Assembly: GCF_001194135.2 (NCBI RefSeq)
Contig: NC_068982.1
Location: 157,150,506-157,214,505 of the forward strand
Length of the DNA: 64,000 nt
Origin: Octopus bimaculoides
Taxonomy: Eukaryota
Direction: 5' to 3'
This document shows positions 38,100 through 51,912 of this stretch, piece by piece. Below the pieces are notes generated by a model, which saw only the letters and a program-made list of their open reading frames with translations, was not told the DNA's origin and did not search any database. A program made the translations under genes and the position numbers. How positions within the stretch are numbered: the first letter of the stretch is position 1; each line of letters begins with the position of its first letter.

Positions 38100-38870
38100 C
38101 ATCACTTTCCATCTTACTCTATCTTTTTCTACTCCTAAGCGTACTCTCTCTTTCGTCATTCTTACACTCTCTTTCTGTTCTCGCTTGCGTCTCTTGCAAC
38201 TTTCCCCACTCTCTCTCTTTCTTACACAGCTCCTTCTTCCCCCCTCTCTCTCTGTCTCTCGTCCCCTCTTTTCCTCTCTCCACACTTCCGCTTCCATACC
38301 ACGTGACCGGTGCCCTGTAAAAGTGGTGAGGTTCTTTTTCGCCCCTACCTTTGACCAGACTGATCACGCTGGCCTCAGCTCCGGCTACATTCGTTCTCTC
38401 CTCTAGGACTTACTCTATTTCCTCTTTGCGCAACACCACTCAGTTCGTTGGGTTTGTGGTATATGTATAATGTTTTTTTTCTTCGTTTGCATATAGCTGT
38501 AAGGCTTCGTGCTGTTATATATGCAAAATTCGTTGTCTGTTGTATTTATATAATGCCTTCTTTGTTTCTGTCTTAGCACATATTCGCTAACTTTTTACCA
38601 GTAACTTAATAAATGCACTGGCGCCTGCAAAATCTAGCTGTATCAAAAGCTATTAGCGTGAAACTGCTTTGATATTTTGCGTCTTTCACTGGGGAGGAAG
38701 ACTCAGCCGCGAATATTCCGTGTATTGTTACTTTGCCTAATTTCCTGCCTGTTTAGTTTTCGTTTACTCTATTTCCGTCTAACTTCTCTCCTTGTATTCT
38801 TTCTTTTCAACCATTGATACATACATGCATACATACGTACATACACACATACATACACATACACACACGC

Positions 38871-41181
38871 ATACATAAGATAACTAAAGCAACTCACGAT
38901 TTACGACCAAAAGTTCCATATATCCTGAATGGCGAAAGAAGCATTGAATATGTGAAGAAAACAGAACTTATAACTAACGGAATTCGTCTAAAAGACATGA
39001 ACCATCCTCCCACCTACATGGAAATCAGAACGCTGAGATCAGAAAATAGAGACATGGTAACACAATTCCCTTTTTAGTGAGAAAATTCCAAAATCACGCA
39101 CCGGACCTGATAATACACAAAATTTAAATGAACATACATAACATATAGACCCGAAGATCACAAATTTGTCAAATAGGGACCTCGACAAGAATGGGATGAA
39201 CCTCCTATTAAAAGGTTTCAACTTTACCCCGACACCCACCTCTAATCTCATTGAACTGAAATATCATATTGAATCCTTCAACCGCCACCTCCGACTTATA
39301 GAATTCTCCAGCAATAAGGATTCAAATGATGAAGCAATAGTTAGAAATAAATCCAAGTTCACCCCCTACAAGGGAAAGGACAAATATTTAAACGCGTATA
39401 TAGACACTATTTCAAAATTTCCCCTAAATACCCACAGATGCAAACAAAACCTTCGTGAAGAAGAAAAGAAAGCCTTACAAAAACTGAAGAATGACAACTC
39501 AATCATCCTAAAAGATGCTGACAAATGAGGGGCGATAGTAATCATGGACAAGGACTATTATAAAGATAAAATATTGGAAATGTTAAAAAACCAAACCTAC
39601 TACAAGGAAGAGCCAAGACACTCAGAAAAAAAAAACCGATAATGGATAAAATCAGGAGACTAATCAATGAATTCCAAGATTCCTTCACAGACAAGGAGAA
39701 AGATTATATGTGCAACTCTGTAATAAAAGGGAGGAATTTCCACGGATTACCCAAAATCCACAAAAGCTCCGAAATACAAAGTGCCATAAATAAGCAGAAG
39801 AACCAGTACGTAAAAATACTAAGGCGTGCTGACTTCAAACTAAGATCAATAGTTGCTGGACCTCAAGCGCCAACACAACAACTATGTCATTTTTTAGATA
39901 TACTCCTAAAACCTTTGTGCCCTTTAACCCAGTTATGTACGGGATGACATAGGTTTCATCCAACACATCCCTCCCACTGTCGCAGAAGGTACTATACTCA
40001 CAAGTTTTCATGTCACCAATCTCTATACTAATATACTTCACACTTTAGGCCTGGAAGCAATCAAACACTGGGTAGAGAAACATACAGAATGGATAAATGA
40101 ACGCTTCAAGATTGACTTCATCACCAAGGTCACACGCCTAGTACTAGAAGAAAATATATTTAGATTCGACAATAAAACATATCGACATATAAAGGGCAAG
40201 GGTATGGGTACGTTGTTTGCGCCCGCATATGTAAACTTAGTTATGGGATACTTGGAAGAAAAACTTATGAGGAAGTAGAAGTAGAAAAACCTTTTGATCA
40301 GGAGTACAAGAAATATATCATTAAAACGTGGAAACACTTCCTTGAGGATTGCTTCATCTTCTGGGACAAATCCGACTCAACAAACTCAAAGGCTTTCTCA
40401 CAATGCAGAAATATCCCTTAGGATTAATTTAATGAGTGAATTAAAAAAGCTATGAAACTGAACATCACCCAACTGCAGACACAAGGAAAAAGTTAATGAA
40501 AACACGATTCCTTTCGTTTACACACAATCCTGGAATAACCAACATCTTTCACGCCATAAAATCGAACCTACCTATACTCCTACAAAGCTCCAAAATGAAA
40601 AATCTGATTAAAAAACGGCTTATGGAATAGGAGACGCCAACCAAAAAAATCGTAAAACACGCCTCAGACCGGAGAACGAATCAGAATTTTTAGTAAAAGA
40701 ATGTGGAGGTAGGAGATGTGGAACATGCAACAACTTCAAATACTTGGAAAGTGGTTCCAACATAAAATTCAAGAGTAGATCCCTTTTCAAAATAAATGCA
40801 GATATGAACTCCAAAACACAAAACCCCATATACTCCATTTCCTACCCAAACTGCAAAGAAAATTACATTGGCGAAACAAATAATTCCCTCTGCCAACGTG
40901 CAAGAATCCACAGCCAACATATCCGGCAAGAGGAATTACGCAAGATTCCATTAAGTAAGCATCTGGAAATATGCAGCGACGGAAAATTCAAAAAATTCCC
41001 TTTTACAAATGTGCACGGGACGATCCGCAATACCGAAAGCAATGGAACTACATTACATCTAAAATTTCTCTCCAAAATTGAATGTTTGAAAGAAAAGCGG
41101 AGAGAGAGTACATTTTGACTACATTTCATCAAAAAATTCCCTCCAAAATCGAATGTTTGGAAGGGGAGACAGTACATTTTG
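38871..41181 (+). mobile_element. Penelope-like element 2 (Neptune-type; near full-length ORF, pseudogenised)
   Basis: Successive fragments: TNLSNRDLD..LLLKGFNFTPTP, ILKDADK*GAIVIMD, FHGLPKIHKS, LRSIVAGP, FHVTNLYTNI, GMGTLFAPAYVNLVMG (40201) and WKHFLEDCFIFW (40329-40364). These are followed by the Cys linker CGGRRCGTC (40702-40728) and GIY-YIG PIYSISYPNCKENYIGETNNSLCQRARIH. Confidence 0.95.
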
Positions 41182-41967
41182 TATTCTAAATATAACCCAA
41201 AGAGGAGAAAAAGAAAGAAAGAAGGAAAAAAGAAGGCAAAAGGAGAAGAGAGAAAGAAAGCAAAATGACTTTCAGCTATAACTAAACGGCACCTGATTTT
41301 TTTTTTTTTTTTTTTTTTTTTTGTTGATTTTTTTTTAAGAGGTCACCATCCTTAAACCCATTCAAATACAATGGTAAAGGACTGAATAAATAAATAAATA
41401 AATGCCATCATGACTATTATAAAATTCATCAAACAGTTGAACATCTATTACTGTCTATCTCTGTGAAACTTATTGAATATTGGAATTTGTATCAACATAT
41501 GATCTTGTAAGCATGTTTTCTGAATTTTGCCTTATACTTTCGATCTCGCCTAAACTTTTCTATTTACTGTTGAAAAACTGAAAATTTTCGAAACCAGTTT
41601 GGTATTTTAATAAATTTGTTACAGAATATGAAAACTATAACATGTATTATGGCTCAGGTGCATTCTCAGTTCCACAACCAACTCTCCTATATTTTTTCCT
41701 GCGTCGGAATGCACTTCTTTTCTCCATTTGTATGTGTGTGTGTGTGTGTGTAGTAGTAGTGGTAGTAGTAGTAGTAGTTCTAATCAATTTAATTTTTTAA
41801 TAATATAATTTTATATACTTTTATAGTTAGGTTTGTAGATCTACAAACCAAACTGTACAATTATAGTATTAAAAAAATTTAATTGATCCGAACTACTATT
41901 GAAGTCATTCTTTTCTTTTTTTAAATACACCTAACTGTACCAACGATTTTACACATTTTCCTATATA

Positions 41968-42062
<95 letters not shown>

Positions 42063-42891
42063 GCATGTTTGTATGTATATGTATATTGCAAGAGATGGAC
42101 AGAGAGAAAATAAGTAAAGAGATAGAGAGACAGACAGATAGATAAATAGATAGACACGCACATATACACATACGTTTTTTCATACATACATGTATGTTCA
42201 TATTTGTACACACCTAAATACGCGTATAGCTTCAAACATAAACCTACATTTAACTTCACTTAAATTTCCCATCCTCACACAGTCTTCTGCAACGCTTCTC
42301 ATGTACACACTCGCGCACACGTACACAGTTTGCCGTATCTCTCTGTAAAGACCAACGCTACAAATCACACAGATATCAAACGAATATTGTGAAAAATAAC
42401 TTTTATCGTATTGCTATTCGCTCATTGATTTCCATGTGGTTGTTTGCTTCAATATTTTCATTCGTGTATGTGTTGCAGATTTGAATTTTTTGTTTGGTGG
42501 CGGCCGTCTTAAAATATGTAAGTATGTATGTATGTATGTATGTATGTATATATGTGTGTATGTATGTATGTATGTATGTATGGTTGTATACATGTATGTA
42601 TGTATGTATGCGTGTGTGTGTATGTATGTATGCATACATGTATGTATTACGTACGTATGGATGCATATATGTATGCAATGAATGTGTGTGTATGCATGTG
42701 TGTGTATGTTTGAATGTGTGTGTGTAAATTGTATATATGGATGCGTGTATATATGTGTATGTATGCATGTACGAATGAAAGTGTGTATGTATGTACGTAT
42801 GTATGTATAGGTAAGTAGGTAGGTATGCATGTGTGCGTATGCATGCATATCTTTCTATCTGTCTGCCTCTCCCTGTCTCTTTCTCTATGCA

Positions 42892-42927
<36 letters not shown>

Positions 42928-43242
42928 TATGCAGAGAGAGAGAGAGAGACAGAGAGAGAGACAGAGACAGAGACAGAGACAGAGACATATATATATCTTT
43001 ACACACACACATACACACACACATTACATATAAGTATGTAAATATATGTATGTAGTTATGTATGCCATGTCCATATGTGCTTGTGAGCTTGCTTAGGTGT
43101 ATCTAAATCACAAAATACCTTTGTAATATAAATATTATAGGTTTCATGTGTATATATGTGTGTGTATGTGTGTGTGTGTATGTGTGTGTGTGTGTATGTG
43201 TGTTTAAAAACGCATATATATATATATATATATGGTGTATGC

Positions 43243-43274
<32 letters not shown>

Positions 43275-43340
43275 CAACCTGTGTGTCTTTTCGTTTATGA
43301 ATGTATCAACCTATATCTTTAGAATTATACATAAATATAT

Positions 43341-43381
<41 letters not shown>

Positions 43382-43401
43382 GATACATTTGTATCTCTTT
43401 T

Positions 43402-43489
<88 letters not shown>

Positions 43490-44529
43490 GTTATATTTTT
43501 ATACATATGTAAATGTGAAACTATGAATGTAAGTATCTTCATATGTGACTGTAGATATACTTGTATTCGTTGAAGTGGTATTTAATATGCACATTCCACT
43601 TCCAGACCTCCTTCATGCATTCGTGTAGAAAACAGTCTAACACAAATAGAATTACACAAAAGAAACATCGCCTCGTCGCATTTTAATCCCTGTCACATGC
43701 TTGTAACTAGTAACTTAATTCAGAATTTCAAATCAAAGTACAACCTAAAGTGATCAGCTAACAGAACCGTTCTATTTCCTTCTCAAACTGAAGCGAAAAC
43801 TGTCTTTTTCCGAGGCCCCTTGCTGTTTGTATTGTATTTCCATCACGAAGCGCTTGCTTCTGACGACTGTCACTTCTTAAAATACATTTGATCTTACCGC
43901 ATATGGTAGGTTGGCAGAAAGTGCGCCAACAACCTTTTAAACTCGTCTTTTTTCCCCATTTATAACGCTTGTTTGATGTAGAGTAGAAAATCGATGGTTG
44001 TGTTGAGTTTACTTCGGTTACAGCTTGGCAGGATGTCTGTGGTTGTGCTATTTAGCTAAGGAGGAGTTAAAAGTGACGAAATGTCTACGAAATAAAGATT
44101 GAAAATGGTGAGAAGGAAGAAATCTTTGGAAGAAACAGAGAATTTGGGGAGGTAATTGTTTAAACATATATAGGAACAAGGAAAATGTTGGCTGAAGATG
44201 TAAATAAAGACGGAATGAAGGGACGAAAAACAATAAAACAAAAGATTAAGGAAGAAATATCGAAAACTGACAAGTTGGAATAACTAACTATATCCAATTC
44301 CTTCTTCAAAGATGAATTGTTTTAACTCATCTTACTGGTAAACTGAAGAGAAACTAACTGCCGAAAGGACATTGATAACTAACTGATTGTAGTCCGTAAG
44401 CAATAGGAAAATAAATTGAATTGAGAATGAATCGGAAATGAAAGTAATAGCAAGGAGGTGTTCTTTTTTGAAGTTATCAGCTGGATAAATAATAACGTTT
44501 TATTAACAAATACAACATGTAATAATAAT

Positions 44530-44590
44530 GCTGATGATGATGATGATGATGATGATGATAATGATGATGATGATGGTGATGATGATGATG

Positions 44591-44652
<62 letters not shown>
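44530..44652. repeat. Compound (GAT)n(AAT)n microsatellite
   Basis: Directly visible. Confidence 0.95.
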
Positions 44653-44653
<1 letters not shown>

Positions 44654-45219
44654 CATAATAAAATTATAAATAATTAACATAGGTGTTTTTCTGGTAAATG
44701 GTTTAAAGGAAGTAACATCCTTTATAAACTGTTAGATGTATGTTTAGTATTATGAAGCTAGAATTCTTGCAAAAGTACTTTCTTTTATATTGTAGATATT
44801 GTTGGATAGATTGGTACGATGAGTTCGCATGAAAAAGCGAAATAACTAAATAAGTAAATGAATAAATAAATAAATAAAACAAAAAGGCAAACTCTGCCAA
44901 CAAATTTAATCAGTGATTAAGCTAACAAGTATATAAGAGTCTCAATACTGCTTATAAATAAATATGATTTAGTGGGCTTTCAACCATGTTACAAATTTTG
45001 ATTCTGAATTTTCCTCCAGGACCTATTAAATTTTATGAAGTTTTATGAAGAATTAATTTCTTCTTTGATACATACATACATACATACATACATGCATTCG
45101 TTTTCAGTTTATTACTACAAATATATTCAAGACATTTGCACCTTATTGACAAGAATTTTCCATCTCATCATATACATTTAGACTAGCATACATATATACA
45201 TACAAACGTACATACATAA

Positions 45220-45252
<33 letters not shown>

Positions 45253-46280
45253 TGTATGTATGAATGTATGTATGTATGTATGTATGTATGCATGTATGTA
45301 TGTATGTATGAATGAATGAATGTATGTATGTATGTATGTGCGCACACGCGCTTGTGTGTGCGCTTGTGTGTGCGCCTGGATGTGTATTTAGAAAATTGGT
45401 TCTATCGTCTTAATCTGTTTATAGACTAATGAAAAGCTTTCTTTCCGAGGAACTATTTAGCATGGCTTATGTAGCAAAAGAAATAAAGTACGTTGCCCGA
45501 AAATGTCCTTTCATGTGACGAGACATCAGCAGATGTAGAGGATGCGAGTTAATACGACGTTGTTAATGTTTTCTTTCAACTTCTGTGCATTTAATGTTTT
45601 GAGGCAGAATTTGTTTAAGCAAACGAAGTCCAAAGAACAGCCGTATTACAGAAAAATCCGCATGATGTTTACTCATAAAATGGCTAACAGCAAAAGTGAG
45701 AGTGGTAAGCTGTAGTATAAGTATAATAAATGCTTTATTATAAAGGAGTTAATGTATGTAAATACATTCATATATACATACATTCATGCACACACACATA
45801 CACACATATTCACATATATGTATATAAATTTGTAGAATCATACATGGATTCATAGAATCGTGTGGCTATCACAGAAAGCTCTTCTAGCGGACTTTGCTAA
45901 TAGACTACAAAGTAATCCAATACAGAGGGTAATAATGCAGAGTTCAACGCAGCTGAAATCCAAGAAATCCGATTTACGAAATTATTTGACAAGGTGTATA
46001 TAATCCATAAAAACTCAGGAGGTGTCAGAAGTGAATATATTTATCTAACCACTTGTCATCCTTCGGATTACGGCCGTTTTGCAGCCTTCTTCATGTAATA
46101 ATAATTTCAGTGCATAACCAATCTTGTTTACGCATTCGCAATAATATGCAAGCTACGCATTATACAATACAATTGTGTATACACTAATCAATTCAGATAA
46201 AAGAAGCTAGCTCATTAGATTACCAGAGCAACATGGTTACACCAATTCAGCTTGTACAGATACAAAATTCTGTCTCTCTG

Positions 46281-46361
<81 letters not shown>

Positions 46362-46379
46362 CTTCAAAAAAACAATAAC

Positions 46380-46860
46380 AAAAAAACAACAAAGTGAGGA
46401 CGTGATACGGATGGTGTTATTGGACGCTCAGGAAAGGAAAGAGAGAGTGTATGACGTTTCGGGCGTAGCCCTTCGTCGGAAAGATGGAAAGTTCGGAGAA
46501 TGGAAGAACGGAGAAAGAGGAAAATGGTACCGATGCCCACGAGGTTACATTGTGAAAAGACCAGAAGAGGAGGTGGTGGGGGAAAAGTTATTTCTAAGAC
46601 AGGAGAGTGAAAAAGGGAGAGGATATCTGTGCGTGTGCGAGAGTCTGCGAGTGTGTGTGTGATAACAGAACGTGTGTGTGCGTATGTATGTATGTGTGTG
46701 TGTGTGTGCATGGTCTGGTGGTTTATCTGTTAGTGTGTTTGTGTGTGTGTGTATGTGTATGACGTAATGGAAGAAATTAGTAGCAGGACTGGTTAGTGGA
46801 CGCTTATAGACAGCGTAGATAGAAGGTCAACAGGCGGTTTCTTGAGTATGCGTGTGTTCG
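46380..46860 (-). mobile_element. Probable solo Penelope terminal-repeat (pLTR) fragment
   Basis: Non-coding, GC-balanced island between microsatellites that carries a hammerhead motif. Hammerheads in pLTRs are an established feature of Penelope-like elements. The family assignment is inferred. Confidence 0.5.
46449..46483 (-). ncRNA. Minimal type-I hammerhead ribozyme motif (probably impaired)
   Basis: Minus strand: CTTT-CCGACGA-A-GGGC-TAC-GCCC-GAAAC-GTC-ATAC. Stem II is perfect, GAAACGTC carries a palindromic stem III and a GUC site, the core has U4->C, and stem I is weak. Confidence 0.55.
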
Positions 46861-47221
46861 TGTTAGTGTGGGGTTGTAGGTGTTGGGTACGTGTACGTGT
46901 GTGTGTGTATTTTGTATGTGCGCGTGTGTGTATGTGTATGTTTTTGTGCGTGCGTTTGCTATTGTATGTGCGTGTGTTGTTTATGCCCATGTGTGTGTGA
47001 TTGTATGCGTGTCTGTGTGAGTGTGTATGTGTGTGGATGTGCGTGTGTGTGTGGGATTGTGAGTGTTAGGTACGGGTGTAAGACCAAAACTAGATAAAAT
47101 TGGGCTCGTATGGTCAGTAAAGTTGAAGATATGTTTCCAAGTTAGAAGAATCTCGGAAGCAGTAATTACTCAATGATTAAATCTTCTGCGAGTTAACTTG
47201 GGATCTCTTGACGACAGGAGA

Positions 47222-47270
<49 letters not shown>

Positions 47271-49149
47271 CAAATGTCAATTCCTGAAGTAAAATTCGTG
47301 AAGTAAAATTATGTGGCAACACCAAACGGCGGTGCCCCAGAATGGCCATAGCTCATGAGCTGAAACTAGATAAATGTTTAGGGAACAGATAAGGATCTTT
47401 GCATTATCATTTTCGATGATGCCTTCGGATTTGTGGTCGTACCAATCATTATTATTGTTATTGTTTTTGTTTTTGTTGTTGTTCTAGTTCCATGTTTGGC
47501 TTTTGTTTTGTATTTGTACAAGTTGACTGAAAGTTGCACCCAGAGACCTCAAGAGACAACAAATTAGTACTTCAAGTTATTATTATCATGTAATTCTCTT
47601 TTTGTCCCGAAGCAACAGAACTACGATCAAAATGCGTTTTATGCTTCTATTCTTAAAAATGTCGCATTAAATTTGAGGAGAATTTGGCAGAAACTTCTAA
47701 CCGGTTGCTCGACCGCTTATAGTAATGATAGCAATAGTTGGTAACGCAGTACATTGAAAGTTTAATTTCTTCATAATGCATTTATTGCAGTGTCTTTTAT
47801 ATGCATATTGCACATAGATCTTTTGGACTCGATTGTGTCACCTAAAATTCTGCGATGTTTCACTGGCTTAAAGGCACTCTCATTGTTTGGTTGTAGTATT
47901 GATGATGCTAATTGTAATAGCAGGTCAAATACCAGTAAGAATATAAGTATACTTTGCTATAAATATAAATCAGCAATGCAGTAAAATTCATCTATTGTCT
48001 ACTGAGAACAACTTACATAGATTGAACTTTGAAAGAACAAACCAATACAGGGCGACTTTGTAAATACTTGATCGGTTAGTTTTACCAGGGTCATGCAAAT
48101 CATACATACACTACCCTCTTTAAAAAAAAAAACACACATTAGATAAATTAATCCTATCTATGGTATTCCTGAAAAGAGAAACTGAATAGTTATGCTTGTA
48201 ACGTTTGTGATAATATATCTGCTCGATCAGCACTAAACTGATATTAAACAATTACAACAATAGCTACGGGCAAATTGTACATCAGAATCAACAGGCAGGT
48301 TTAGAACCTAAACGAATCAATTGATTTCTTGACACAAAGAATCAATACAATATAGTATATTCCAGTGAGCGTGGAAGAGCTAGTGTACTCTTGAAATCAA
48401 GTAAAGCATAATAAACGAACGCAAAACACAAAGCAGAAGCTGGAAAGGCACGCCATCATTCTCTCTATGAAAAATATCACAATATCAGTAAGAGAACTCT
48501 AAATAATGGACATGTATGTTGTTCAATAAAGCAAAGCGCTATATTTGAAAAGTTCTATGAAATGGAGAAGTTTGAGAGCGTGATTATATGAAGAAATAGG
48601 AAAATTACTTCATCGACCAAGATACAACATACTTAACGACCACAAATCCAGTTGCAGATTCTTCTCCATGTAAAGATACTAAAACATAAAAACATATTCC
48701 ACCAACATTCTCCAAAACATGAAATTTTTTTATCATCATTTGAAACTTTTTATCATTAAATTCTCATAAAATATATACGTAGTACCGAACAATATTTAAA
48801 GTTTTCTATTAATTAATGTCGCAAAATGCATACAAGAAAATACGTCATAACACATAACCTAATATGAAATGTCGCGAAACTATTAATGAGCATATTTTAA
48901 AATAGAATATGTTAATATCCTGCATAACATTCATGAGTCACGTATCCAACCCAAAGTGTACGCTCGTAAATCACAACTAAATAAATATACTCGATTCCAT
49001 AAACTTTTAAAATAAGACAAACCACAAACATAACAATGTCGCTATGGTAAAGCGGAAATCAAATGGTTTAGCAATGATAAAAATAATACAGCTTACAATG
49101 TTTCGATATTTTACAATACTATCCATACATTTGTAACAGTCTTCTACTT

Positions 49150-49320
49150 AGCTCCATCGGTTACGACAACAAGTGTTCCAGTTGCTCTGATCAGCCTGCT
49201 CGTGAAACTAACGTACAAGTGACTGAGTATTCCACAGACACGCATACCATTACAACAGTTCTCAGGGAGATTCAGCGTGACACAGAACGTAACAAGGCTG
49301 GCACTTTGAAATGCAGGTAC
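49150..49320 (-). mobile_element. SINE family C 3' half, degenerate
   Basis: CAGCCTGCTCGTGAAACTAACGTACAAGTGACTGAGTATTCCACAGACACG is the reverse complement of 10005-10060 with substitutions. Confidence 0.8.
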
Positions 49321-50848
49321 TTCGGTAAAGGGATATTATCATAAACATGAACACAAGAATGTTATCACACGATCATTTCATCTGGTTATGAACCACTAAA
49401 ATAACACTGTAATGTATCCACAGCTAGTTGCGATGAATATAGATGAGCTTAGAAAACATACATTAAATATCATATTTAAAAATGTTTATCTCTAAAGTGT
49501 AAAAAGACAAACCTAGAAAATTTATAATATTTTGATAAAACACTTATCCTGAACACGTATGAACATTTTCCTTGCTAAAAAGAAAACAATAAACTGTATG
49601 CATAGGAACAAACGTTGTCATATATTTAAGAGTTTAAAACAACCAAGTCTTATTAGATTCCATGTCACTATGGGGAAAATACGGTAGTGTACCAATGCAC
49701 CTTAAAATTGTCATGGTTTGTCCAACAAATACCTTGTATTTGGAATTTGGGATATATCAGTGTGTGGCTATGTTGTTGCTGTTTATATTGTGACCACTTA
49801 ACGCTTTATAACTAAGCAATGTGATCAAACTAGTACGAATAAATCAAAATTACACTGAAATAAAGACTGTAACTGATAAGGATTGCAACAGTTCAATGAC
49901 ATAAATCAGTAAAAGAATAAAAGAGGGCAACAACAAGAAAGTCTCAAACTATACATCTATAATAATATAAGCAACCATATATAGCTTCAGTAAAACAATG
50001 TGGAATTCATCATCATAAAAAGGAAATATTTAAAGATTACCATAGTATAAAAAAGCCTCAGAAAATAGTGGTTTCAAAGACAATTTGATGTGCATGGATA
50101 CATGAAATATATAAAAGTATCAAACATAGAATCTGAAAGATATTAAGTTATTACTCTCATATATACCCTTAACTCCAGGGATAGTAAGAGAACTCTTGAC
50201 TGATGATAACATAAATCTTCGTTCAGCACATCACAAAATATTTAAAACGAATTCTATAAATTTGCATTGTATCTAGAATAACATAGGAGAGAGATATCCA
50301 CTTGCATCATAAAATATTACAGTGCTACACAATCGCAAATTAGCGATAGACTAAACTGCTTAATTAACGGAAAATGTTCATTGTAGGTGCTGGTGTATAG
50401 AGCTGATACCCGAATAGCAGGCTGAATCAGTATGTGTATGTGTATGTGAGTGTGCCTATATTCAGACATATCCAACTAAGTGCATATACACAATCAAATA
50501 AAGCTATATGTACGTATACACGATTTGCAATAGATATTTTATTAATTTCTTTGTGCTCATATCTCATTATATTGTGTACGGTTTTAGGTATTTATATAAC
50601 CTATTTTAGGAAGATACTACCAAACAGTGATGTGGTTCTTCTGCTATTCTAACGATGTGAAGCATTCGGTTTGTGGCTGTCATTGACAATATTAGACGAC
50701 ATATTAAATACTCATTCAACTAATTTAGCTATTTAGCAATTAAACATTGATTTTAATTTAAATTGAAATCTCATTCCTGTCTATAATTCTACCACAGGAA
50801 TTATAGTCTTTCTTTGCCAATAATCGCATACTGATTTTCTCTCTCTCT

Positions 50849-51215
<367 letters not shown>

Positions 51216-51237
51216 CAAAATATGAAACTTTTATTAT

Positions 51238-51437
51238 AAAAGCAGCGAGCTGGCAGAATCGCTAGGACGCTGACAAATTGCTTAGCGGTATTTGGTTCGT
51301 CCTGAAGTTCCGAGTTCATATTCGGCCGAGCTCGACTTCACCTTTCATCCCTTCGGAATCGATAAAATAAGTACCAGTCGAGCATTCGGGCCGACTGTCT
51401 CTCTTCTCTCAAATTTCAGGCCTTGTGCCAATAGTAA
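51238..51437 (+). mobile_element. SINE family B (tandem pair, copy 2)
   Basis: GCGAGCTGGCAGAATCG..CCTTTCATCCCTTCGGAATCGATAAAATAAGTACCAG..CCTTGTGCC. Confidence 0.8.
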
Positions 51438-51546
51438 ACATTATCATTATTGATGCTACAGCTATGATCATTCATACTAGCGTGTATTACACAAAGCAGT
51501 AGACGGCTACTAGAAGACTGAATCAAATGTCTATGAGCAGTTATAC

Positions 51547-51730
51547 CTTAGCTACCTGGAGACGTGGGCTGTATTTTAACCACATCGATACCTAAGCCGT
51601 TCACGAGTATCTTTGTGGCAGAATATTTCGGGACATGCATGGGGAAGTTATGGAAACCAAAGTGTCAGGACTTGGGTATTTCCCGATCAGATCAACGCGG
51701 CTTCTCAGAGGTGTGTGGTGATTTTAACAC
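51547..51730 (+). mobile_element. Possible small non-LTR RT fragment (domains 1-2)
   Basis: The frame reads PGDVGCILTTSIPKPFTSIF..DQRGF, loosely matching PxDxRPIxLxSxxxKxFTSIL..xQxGF. Confidence 0.25.
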
Positions 51731-51912
51731 ATTTGTGTTTCCTTATATTCATTTATTTGTCTGCGAGTGTCACAATCTCTTGCATAATATCTATGCCTTG
51801 CCTATTGTTTTTTTCTAACTACATGCTATATGCATACTTGGACACATCTGTTTGCAACACCCTTGTTCACATTAAACGCATTATTTTTGCCTAGTTAGCA
51901 AAATAAAAGAAT

